A stretch of DNA of 64,000 bases, from assembly GCA_902619595.1 (NCBI GenBank), contig CACNFE010000006.1, positions 3,194-67,193 on the forward strand, read 5' to 3'. Both the position numbers and the translations under genes were made by a program. Source of the stretch: an uncultured Pelagibacteraceae bacterium (lineage in GTDB: Bacteria; Pseudomonadota; Alphaproteobacteria; Pelagibacterales; Pelagibacteraceae). The notes below the pieces were generated by a model that was not told the DNA's origin, made no database searches, and saw only the letters and a program-made list of their open reading frames with translations. Below are positions 54,807 to 62,282 of this stretch, one piece after another. Within the stretch, counting starts at the first letter, position 1; the number at the start of each line of letters is the position of its first letter.

Positions 54807-54855
54807 AAAACCCCTGTTTCCTTGCACTTTTTAGGGTGCAAAGAACAGTAGTTTT
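54807..54855 (-). terminator. 3' hairpin of the structured RNA (terminator-like or RBS-sequestering)
   Basis: Minus strand AAAACUACUGUUCUUUGCAC-loop-GUGCAAGGAAACAGGGGUUUU, then CUUC-AUG. Confidence 0.55.
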
Positions 54856-55020
54856 GGCACGTCGTTGATTGCGCTACCGCCATGCCTTCCGCCCTACGAT
54901 TTTAGCGCTACTCCGTAGAGCTTTCTGCCCCCTGGGCTTGGTCCTCTCGGCCTTTCCCCAGTCGGCCAGTTAAGGGTTGCCCCTTAATTCATTTGACATT
55001 ACCAAATAGGGCAGGTTGAA
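54807..55020 (-). ncRNA. GC-rich multi-helix structured RNA upstream of ogt (family unassigned; candidate IMES-type marine ncRNA)
   Basis: 53% GC over 54841-55020 (hand count) in a genome of roughly 30% GC; nested helices with GCAA/GAGA tetraloops and G-U pairs that favour the minus strand; no tRNA, SRP, RNase P or tmRNA signature. Confidence 0.75.
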
Positions 55021-55080
55021 TGTATCACTTTATTGTTGAATTTATTAAGTTTTTAACAGGTGGGAATAATGGGGATAATT

Positions 55081-55245
55081 TTAATCAATTAATAAAGCAA
55101 CTAAAGCAACAATTAAGAAAATTGTGCTAAATAATAATGTAAGACTTATTTTTTTTTTATTTTTTTCATCAACAACTGGCCATTTAAAAAGAAGTATAAA
55201 TGCGATTATTACTATTAATATTGCTGGAATTATATACTTAATCAT
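55081..55245 (-). CDS. Small membrane protein (54 aa, two hydrophobic helices)
   Basis: Hand translation MIKYIIPAILIVIIAFILLFKWPVVDEKNKKKISLTLLFSTIFLIVALVALLID. Confidence 0.6.
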   Translation of the reverse strand: MIKYIIPAILIVIIAFILLFKWPVVDEKNKKKISLTLLFSTIFLIVALVALLID

Positions 55246-55255
55246 ATTTTTTAAT

Positions 55256-55432
55256 TTAACGATAAAAGATTAGAATAAAATAGCTAATTACAAATAATAT
55301 AGCCATAATAGATAAAAATATTGTCTCAATACTTTTTCCTGTTTTTTTATATTGAATGTAACTTAACAATATAAAACCTAACGATATTATAAAAAAAAAT
55401 GAAGCTGGTATTTCACCATCAATTGAACCCAT
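55256..55432 (-). CDS. Small membrane protein (58 aa, two hydrophobic helices)
   Basis: Hand translation MGSIDGEIPASFFFIISLGFILLSYIQYKKTGKSIETIFLSIMAILFVISYFILIFYR. Confidence 0.6.
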   Translation of the reverse strand: MGSIDGEIPASFFFIISLGFILLSYIQYKKTGKSIETIFLSIMAILFVISYFILIFYR

Positions 55433-55476
55433 ATATTTTTTAAATTAAACTATTGACATTTAAAATCACTTAATAT

Positions 55477-55511
55477 ATTACTAATGATAATTAATTGTTA
55501 TCAATAGTAAT
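55477..55511. repeat. 14-7-14 inverted repeat, putative cognate recombination site of the adjacent tyrosine recombinase
   Basis: ATTACTAATGATAA-ttaattg-TTATCAATAGTAAT; 13 of 14 arm positions complementary, asymmetric 7 bp spacer, ends 3 bp before the recombinase ATG. Confidence 0.7.
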
Positions 55512-55514
55512 TAT

Positions 55515-56468
55515 ATGAATGAACTGACAACAGACATAAAATCGCTTCATGAGGCAACTTTAAATAACCTTAAAAACTCTAAGGCAAATAATACTTTAAG
55601 AGCTTATAAATCTGACTTTAAAGATTTCGGAGCTTTTTGTGCAAAGCATGGATTTAATTCATTACCAACAGAGCCAAAAATAGTTTCCTTATACCTAACC
55701 CATCTCTCAAAAAACTCAAAAATGAGCACTTTAAGACGAAGATTAGTTTCAATAAGCATGGTTCATAGGCTTAAAGGGCATTATCTAGACACAAAACATC
55801 CTATCATAGTTGAAAATTTAATGGGAATAAGAAGGGTCAAAGGAAGTATTCAGAAAGGTAAAAAACCTATATTAATCAATCATTTAAAATTAATTGTTAA
55901 TGCAATAAATCAACAAAAAACTGAGGAAATAAAAAAACTTAGAGATAAATCAATAATCTTAATTGGCTTTGGAGGCGGCTTTAGAAGAACCGAGCTCATT
56001 TCAATTGATCATGAGGATTTAGAATTCGTTCCTGAGGGTCTAAAAATCACTATTAAAAGGTCAAAAACTGACCAATTCGGAGAAGGAATGACCAAAGGAC
56101 TACCCTACTTCAATAATGAAATTTACTGTCCTGTTACAAATCTAAAAAAATGGTTAGAAATTTCTAAAATTAAGTCTGGACCTATTTTTAGAAGATTTTC
56201 TAAAGGTTTGTTATTAACGGACAAAAGATTAACTGACCAATCTGTAGTTTTATTAATGAAAGAGTATTTAAAGTTAGCAGGTATCGAAAACAAAAATTTT
56301 TCAGGTCATAGTTTAAGGTCGGGTTTTGCAACAGTAGCTGCAGATTCAGGAGCTGATGAGCGAAGCATAATGGCTATGACAGGTCATAAAACAACACAAA
56401 TGGTTAGAAGATATATTAGAGAGGCAAATATATTTAAAAATAATGCACTTAACAAAATAAAAATTTAA
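55515..56468 (+). CDS. Cre-like tyrosine recombinase
   Basis: N-terminal NTLRAY core-binding domain; catalytic R (GFRRTEL), K (RSKTDQ), HxxR (HSLR), H (TGH), Y (MVRRY); CPV and SKTDQ are typical of the Cre-like subfamily. Confidence 0.92.
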   Translation: MNELTTDIKSLHEATLNNLKNSKANNTLRAYKSDFKDFGAFCAKHGFNSLPTEPKIVSLYLTHLSKNSKMSTLRRRLVSISMVHRLKGHYLDTKHPIIVENLMGIRRVKGSIQKGKKPILINHLKLIVNAINQQKTEEIKKLRDKSIILIGFGGGFRRTELISIDHEDLEFVPEGLKITIKRSKTDQFGEGMTKGLPYFNNEIYCPVTNLKKWLEISKIKSGPIFRRFSKGLLLTDKRLTDQSVVLLMKEYLKLAGIENKNFSGHSLRSGFATVAADSGADERSIMAMTGHKTTQMVRRYIREANIFKNNALNKIKI

Positions 56469-57367
56469 ATTGAGACCCAATTTTCAGGCCAAAAATCAAT
56501 ATTATTGGATGGATTTAAATTTAAAGGTCTAATACAAATTTTATTTGGATTTTCATTCAACCAAGCCCCCCACCAATGAAAAGACGTAGGACCAACAATG
56601 AAATGCTTACAAAAATTAAATAAATAAAAATCGTTTATAGATTTATTTTGTTTGTTATCAATAAATATACACTCATCCTGATTAAAATAACCACTTAGAT
56701 TGGATAAATCATTAGACCATATAAAGAATTTTGGTTTCTCAACATTTTTTTTTATATGTTCAATTGATTTGTAAATATAATCTATTGTATCCTTAGTGAA
56801 TTTATTGGATTTATTTTGGTCCTTATGTTTTCCTTCCGAATATCTATTCTGTCTAATACAAATTGATACTGAATTTGAATTATCAATATCTTCTTTGTAT
56901 CTATTATTTATATCAACTTTTTCTTTTTTTATCTTAAAAAATTGAATAATTTCTTTCTTATAATCAATAAAATATTTTTCAGACTCATAATGACCTTCAA
57001 TAAAAATTTTATCTGAATAATTTTTAAGGTCTATCTTATTAAAGGCAGTTTTTTTTGTATTATTTTTTGATTCAATAAGGAATTTCTTTTTTCCAAAAAA
57101 ATCTAATTTTTTTTTAATTTTTCTTTGAATATCTCTAATATATGTATCGTATTTAAGATTATTATCCGCAATATAAGACTCAATTAAAAAATTATCTAAC
57201 TCATAATTTCTATTTTTATTTTTTTTTTTAAAATAGCCCGAGGTATCATCTATATATAAGTCACAATTGTATTTTTTTGATAAAGCGAATCCATTTGCAT
57301 ACATAAATAATTGATTACCGAGACCTTCAGCTATTCTTACAATTAATTTTTTTTTAGTTTTTTCCAT
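56465..57367 (-). CDS. Glycosyltransferase family 11 (alpha-1,2-fucosyltransferase-like)
   Basis: GLGNQLFMYA, G.YESEKYF, CKHFI...SF.WWGAWL. Confidence 0.82.
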   Translation of the reverse strand: MEKTKKKLIVRIAEGLGNQLFMYANGFALSKKYNCDLYIDDTSGYFKKKNKNRNYELDNFLIESYIADNNLKYDTYIRDIQRKIKKKLDFFGKKKFLIESKNNTKKTAFNKIDLKNYSDKIFIEGHYESEKYFIDYKKEIIQFFKIKKEKVDINNRYKEDIDNSNSVSICIRQNRYSEGKHKDQNKSNKFTKDTIDYIYKSIEHIKKNVEKPKFFIWSNDLSNLSGYFNQDECIFIDNKQNKSINDFYLFNFCKHFIVGPTSFHWWGAWLNENPNKICIRPLNLNPSNNIDFWPENWVSI

Positions 57368-58238
57368 TTTTGTAAAACAATTTAATTAATAAAAATTTAA
57401 ATTTACATAAAATATAAGGAATAATATTATTTACCGATAATTTAAATTCATCAAGTGGCTTAATATATTTCAATCCTCTATTTAGATAAAACCTGACAAA
57501 AAATTCAATTGAAATCCCCCACTTCAATAAAAAAGTATTATTTGCATTATTTCTAATTATATCTTTATTTTTTCTCGTAGTTTGTGAGCCAAAATGATAA
57601 ACTCGAGATTTGTTAACTCCTTTGAAAATTCTTACACCTTTTTTCCACATTTTCATATTTAGATCAGGATCAGATCCAAATCCTGGGTTAAATTCCTCAC
57701 TAAAACCCCCAATTTGAGACCACATTTCACGTGTCATGATATGAGGTGCCCAGTGTGAACCTTGTAGATCATGAAATTCTAAATTTTTGTAGTTTTTAAT
57801 TAATTTTTCCTCATTAAAGCTTTCAATATCTTCACCACAATCAAATGAAATATGGTTTGTTATTGATCCTTTTAGTGGTTTTGAAGGCGAAATTTGCGTC
57901 GATGAAAAATAAAATTTTTGATGTTTTATTAAATTTATCTCATTAATTAAATGGGTGTCCCAATCTGGACAAAAATACATATCATCATGAGCATAAACTA
58001 TTAAATCATATTTGGATTTACTGGCTGCTATATTTACGCCACTACATAAACCAATATTGGTTTTAGTTTTAGTGCATTTTATGTTTGAATTTGTTAAAAA
58101 ATTTTCGGTTTCTTTATCTTCCCCATTTATATGAACAATAATTTCATGATTAAATTTTGAATTCTTTTTAATAGAATTAATCGATGTTTTAAGATATTTA
58201 TGATTTTCAAATGTGGGTATTATTATTGAAAACTGCAT
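57354..58238 (-). CDS. Glycosyltransferase family 2
   Basis: FSIIIPT, N.G...N, HDD, IGGFSEEF, VYHFGS. Confidence 0.85.
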   Translation of the reverse strand: MQFSIIIPTFENHKYLKTSINSIKKNSKFNHEIIVHINGEDKETENFLTNSNIKCTKTKTNIGLCSGVNIAASKSKYDLIVYAHDDMYFCPDWDTHLINEINLIKHQKFYFSSTQISPSKPLKGSITNHISFDCGEDIESFNEEKLIKNYKNLEFHDLQGSHWAPHIMTREMWSQIGGFSEEFNPGFGSDPDLNMKMWKKGVRIFKGVNKSRVYHFGSQTTRKNKDIIRNNANNTFLLKWGISIEFFVRFYLNRGLKYIKPLDEFKLSVNNIIPYILCKFKFLLIKLFYKNGKN

Positions 58239-58268
58239 TTCTAAATTATAATTACTTAATACAAAATA

Positions 58269-59258
58269 ATGAATATTGATACAATAAATTATGATACAGC
58301 CCTAATTGGATGTGGTTATTGGGGCACAAATATAGCTAAAGTTCTTTCAAAAATAAAAAAAAATAAAATAATAATTTATGATGAAAAGCATTCAAATTCA
58401 GTGATTTTAAAAAAAAGGTACCTAAATAAATTCATTATTGTTAAAAAATTAAAAACAATTCTTAATGACGAAAGCATACAAAATGTTATTTTGGCAACTC
58501 CTCCTGATAAAAATTATAAACTTTTAAAATTATGCATCAAAAGTAATAAAAATATATTTATTGAAAAACCAGGTTTAAAAAGTTACTCAGATTTAAAAAA
58601 AATTAAAAAACTAAATCACAAAAAAATATTAATGTTTGGTTACATCTACCTATTTAATAATAATATTAAATTTATTAAAAAATATGTTTCGTCAAATAAA
58701 AATGGAAAAATTTTATATATGAAATTTCAAAGACAAAATTTAGGTCCGATACGTAGTGATGTAAATGCTGCTTATGATCTTTCTTCTCATGATTTAAGTA
58801 TTTTTTTATACATATTTAATAAATTACCTGAATTAATTAAAAATTCGAGCTATTCTATATTAAAGAGGAAGATTGCTGACATATCTAATTTAAGTTTTAA
58901 ATTTAAAAATTTTTTTATCGATATTAACAACAGCTGGCTTAATCCAGATAAGATTAGACGGATCACAATTATAACAAAAAAAAAAATGTTACTTTTTAAC
59001 GAAATGGAAACTGATAATAAAATTAAAATATATAATAAATATGCACAATATCCAAATATATCTTATTTTGATGATAAATTTTTTAATAGGAAGGCTAAGA
59101 TTTATCTTGGAAAAAATTTTTCACCTAAAGTTAAGCAGAACGATAGTTTATATGATGAAATAAATTATTTTTTTAAATGTATAAAAAAAAATGAAAGACC
59201 TATAACTGATATTGTTTTTGCATTAAAAATTTTAAAAACTTTAAAAAAAGTTGTTTAA
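58269..59258 (+). CDS. Gfo/Idh/MocA family NAD-dependent oxidoreductase (probable nucleotide-sugar dehydrogenase)
   Basis: IGCGYWG, ATP, FIEKP, DL.SHDLS. Confidence 0.85.
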   Translation: MNIDTINYDTALIGCGYWGTNIAKVLSKIKKNKIIIYDEKHSNSVILKKRYLNKFIIVKKLKTILNDESIQNVILATPPDKNYKLLKLCIKSNKNIFIEKPGLKSYSDLKKIKKLNHKKILMFGYIYLFNNNIKFIKKYVSSNKNGKILYMKFQRQNLGPIRSDVNAAYDLSSHDLSIFLYIFNKLPELIKNSSYSILKRKIADISNLSFKFKNFFIDINNSWLNPDKIRRITIITKKKMLLFNEMETDNKIKIYNKYAQYPNISYFDDKFFNRKAKIYLGKNFSPKVKQNDSLYDEINYFFKCIKKNERPITDIVFALKILKTLKKVV

Positions 59259-61333
59259 AAAGTTTTCTCGATTATCTTTTTTGTAATTATTTTATTATTA
59301 AATAATTTGAAATATTTTTCTTTACCCCTTCTACCGTACTCATTAATTTTTTTTGGGTACTTTAGTAAATATTCTATTTTAGTACCTAATTCATTTACAT
59401 TTTTATAAAATCCAACTTCATTGTCATCAAAAAAATCGTTAAATTTTGTATTGATATCAATAAAAGTAAATATTCCGTTTCCTATTAGCGCTGCAATTCT
59501 ATTGCTTGAAGTATATTTTAAAGGTTTTCCCCTACTTAGGTTTAAAGACATTTTACATTTAGCTAATTCATTATAGAAATTATAATTCCATTTTGGTAAT
59601 TCATTTGAAATACCTAAAATATTATATTTTAAATTTGGAAATAATTGCATCAGATTACTAATGAAGCTTTCTCTTTCATCACTTTTTCCCTTTTTAAGTT
59701 TTCCAAAATTGACACCATGACTAAGTGCAAAAAATAAATCTTTATATCTATTTTTATAATCATAAATTTTGAGATTTTCGATATTTGGATCTACAGGAAT
59801 TGGTAAATAGTTTAACTTTTTATTTTGTATTTTTGTCTTTATTTCATCTGGGTGTGTAGTTAGAAAATATTGATCTATTAAATGATGATTATTTTCAATT
59901 AAATTTAAATTATTTTTCCAATTTGGTCCTTCTCCTTTTTGACCGAGCGCATCCTCATACCATAAAATTATTTTTGAATTATATTTTGATTTTATGTTGT
60001 ATAATGTTTTATTTTCTAAAATATTATTATGCCCAAGCACTATTAGATTTGGACGATAATTTTCAGTTATATTTGTTATTTTATCGTTAATATAACTATT
60101 ATTTTTTGTAACTAAATTTTTAGTTAAATAGTTTCTATAGCTAAAATTAATTACATCATGATCATTTCTAATAAAACCTTTACTGATTTTATTTGCTATA
60201 GATATATTAAATAGTCTGTGATCACTTCTCTCATCAAATGTAGAAATATGTAAAATTTTTAATTTTGCACCTTTATTAAAATTAAAATTCGAGTTTAAAT
60301 AAAAGTTCTTTAAACTATCAATTTTACTAACATGATCAGAAAGTTTATGTTTTACATTTTTCCAATTAATTTTTTGGATTTTTTTTCTATAACCAACATT
60401 TATAATAAGCTTCTTTATGATATTGTATAACTCATGTTCATTTATTTTATTGATAAATAATGAATTTTCAAAAGTTTCTGGAAGACCACCTTTTTTTGAT
60501 GTTATTGTTGCACAGCCAAAAGCAGCAGACTCCATAGCAGTTCTTCCAAATGGTTCTTGCCATCTTGATGGAACTACAGAAATTGATGCGTTTTTATAAT
60601 AATTTAAAATTTTTCTATGATTTACCCAATCTAAAATTTTTAATCGATCGTGTTTAAAATTAAATTTTTCTCTTGGTTCATTACCAATAGCCATAGCTTT
60701 CCATTTTTTAAATCTATCTAAAATTTTAGTAACTGACTTTCCATAAATATCAAAACCTTTGGATGAATTAAGTTTTCCTGTGAAGATAATTACTTTTTGT
60801 TTTTTAGGAAACTTTTTGATAGGGTTTATAGCTGGATATAAAATTTCACAATTATTTCTATGACTATATGGTAAATTTTCAAAAAATTTATTCTTAACCC
60901 ATCCACTTACAAAATAAATTTGATCTGTATTTTCTGCGATAAATATTCTTTCTTTAATAGATGATGATGAACGTAAGTCTTGGGGATTATTATGGTATAC
61001 AAAGATTAGTTTAGCTTTAACTTTTTTTTTGATTAGATAAAGAAGTGACTCAGGTCTATTGTGTATTTCAATAATCTTAAAACGATATTTAAGATATTCT
61101 CTGTATAATTTATCTGTATAGGATATATTCTTTTTAACAAAAGCTCTTCCTATCTTGAGATTTTTAAAATTGTTTAGTAATGGTTTGGAGTTATCTTCAA
61201 GATTACCATAAACAATTGATCTTTTTTTTAATTTACTTCTGTTTAAATAATCTTTTACCCAAATAGATGCAGCACCAGCATTACTTTCTGTGAAGTTTTC
61301 TTTATAAGGAAGCAATATTGCAATATCTTTCAT
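59255..61333 (-). CDS. Two-module glycosyltransferase (GT4 plus second GT-B/CgeB-like domain)
   Basis: EIHNRP, GKL...KG, PSRWQEPFG...ES; second half has SLNLS...YTSSNRI. Confidence 0.8.
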   Translation of the reverse strand: MKDIAILLPYKENFTESNAGAASIWVKDYLNRSKLKKRSIVYGNLEDNSKPLLNNFKNLKIGRAFVKKNISYTDKLYREYLKYRFKIIEIHNRPESLLYLIKKKVKAKLIFVYHNNPQDLRSSSSIKERIFIAENTDQIYFVSGWVKNKFFENLPYSHRNNCEILYPAINPIKKFPKKQKVIIFTGKLNSSKGFDIYGKSVTKILDRFKKWKAMAIGNEPREKFNFKHDRLKILDWVNHRKILNYYKNASISVVPSRWQEPFGRTAMESAAFGCATITSKKGGLPETFENSLFINKINEHELYNIIKKLIINVGYRKKIQKINWKNVKHKLSDHVSKIDSLKNFYLNSNFNFNKGAKLKILHISTFDERSDHRLFNISIANKISKGFIRNDHDVINFSYRNYLTKNLVTKNNSYINDKITNITENYRPNLIVLGHNNILENKTLYNIKSKYNSKIILWYEDALGQKGEGPNWKNNLNLIENNHHLIDQYFLTTHPDEIKTKIQNKKLNYLPIPVDPNIENLKIYDYKNRYKDLFFALSHGVNFGKLKKGKSDERESFISNLMQLFPNLKYNILGISNELPKWNYNFYNELAKCKMSLNLSRGKPLKYTSSNRIAALIGNGIFTFIDINTKFNDFFDDNEVGFYKNVNELGTKIEYLLKYPKKINEYGRRGKEKYFKLFNNKIITKKIIEKTF

Positions 61334-61917
61334 ATTTCTTTCTTAATCTTTTTGTATCTTTGTGTTTCTTTTATCAGATTATTCTTATGTATTTTAAGTT
61401 TTTTAATAATAAAATTATTTTTCTTTATTAATTTGGCAGGTTTGCCATAATAAATATATCCTGGTTTAATTATTTTTTTTTTAGTTACAATGGTTCCCAT
61501 ACCAACCATTGTGTAAGATCCAATTACCTGATTCTGATGAACAATCGTTTTTATACCTAAATTCGAATATTTCATTATATGAACATTTCCACCAAGAGTA
61601 ACACCACTGCTCAAAGTTACATTATCTTCAATATAGCAGTCATGATCAATTGTTGAAGAATTCATTATGTAATTATTATTACCTATAAATGTTAATTTTT
61701 TTAAAGTTGTTGGTAAATGAATATTTACATATTCATTAAAAATATTTTTATTACCTATTTTAATTTTTCCAGAATTCTTTTTGTTTTTCCATTGTGCTTT
61801 ATTGCCAATAACAACATATGGACCTATTATATTTCCTTTTCCAATTATAAGTTTACTCCAATTTATAACAGCAGTCGAATGAATTAAATTTCCTTTTATT
61901 TTTTTAAATTTTAACAT
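61330..61917 (-). CDS. Left-handed beta-helix acyl/acetyltransferase, LpxA-like
   Basis: IHSTAVI, hexapeptide repeats, HDC, VHQ, G.PAK. Confidence 0.78.
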   Translation of the reverse strand: MLKFKKIKGNLIHSTAVINWSKLIIGKGNIIGPYVVIGNKAQWKNKKNSGKIKIGNKNIFNEYVNIHLPTTLKKLTFIGNNNYIMNSSTIDHDCYIEDNVTLSSGVTLGGNVHIMKYSNLGIKTIVHQNQVIGSYTMVGMGTIVTKKKIIKPGYIYYGKPAKLIKKNNFIIKKLKIHKNNLIKETQRYKKIKKEI

Positions 61918-62170
61918 TATTAAAAAATTTTTTTTTTATTTTATTTCTCAACGAGTAGTTTTTTTTTAATTTATATTCTTCCTGCATTGCTCTTACTTTG
62001 GTCTTATATTTTCTATTAAATATAATTTCCCATTTTTTGCCTCTTGTAAATTTAGCTCCTTTTCCAGTATTATGATCATCTAATCTCTTAGATAAATTTG
62101 ATGTATATCCTACATAAGAAATTGTTTTATTTTTGACTTTTGTAGCAATTATATAAACAAAATAATGCAT
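61904..62170 (-). CDS. Small GIY-YIG nuclease (UPF0213/YhbQ-like)
   Basis: YFVYI...YVGYT..L.KRL..HN.GKGAKFTRG...A...E..LK. Confidence 0.88.
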   Translation of the reverse strand: MHYFVYIIATKVKNKTISYVGYTSNLSKRLDDHNTGKGAKFTRGKKWEIIFNRKYKTKVRAMQEEYKLKKNYSLRNKIKKKFFNNVKI

Positions 62171-62172
62171 TT

Positions 62173-62247
62173 TGGCGGTCCCTAGGGGAATCGAACCCCT
62201 CTTTCATGGATGAAAACCATGTGTCCTAACCGATAGACGAAGGGACC
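62173..62247 (-). tRNA. tRNA-Glu(TTC)
   Basis: Minus strand GGTCCCT...CATGG-TTTTCAT-CCATG...GGTTCGATTCC...AGGGACC-G-CCA. Confidence 0.96.
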
Positions 62248-62282
62248 AAACTCCGATCTTTTATTGTATAAAGATATCTTAA

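Noticed and set aside
54803-54883. 27 aa N-terminal extension of the MGMT ORF (MAVAQSTTCQNYC...)
   Set aside because: It runs through the RNA hairpins; homology starts at MKGTKFQ (54802).
54807-55020. Structured RNA as SRP RNA, RNase P, tmRNA, tRNA-Sec, cobalamin riboswitch or group I intron
   Set aside because: It lacks the SRP GGAA/AGCAG loop, RNase P GAGGAAAGUCC, tRNA-like ends and a full B12 box. A P4/P5-like segment is present, but I could not find P3/P7 or an interrupted host gene.
55477-55511. Inverted repeat as a Fur box or terminator
   Set aside because: The GATAA-N7-TTATC spacing does not fit the Fur consensus, the arms extend to 14 bp, and there is no GC stem or U tail. A regulator operator is not fully excluded.
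55515-62247. Prophage or integrative element inserted at tRNA-Glu
   Set aside because: No duplicated tRNA 3' end was seen, there are no phage or conjugation genes, and the recombinase lacks an arm-binding domain.
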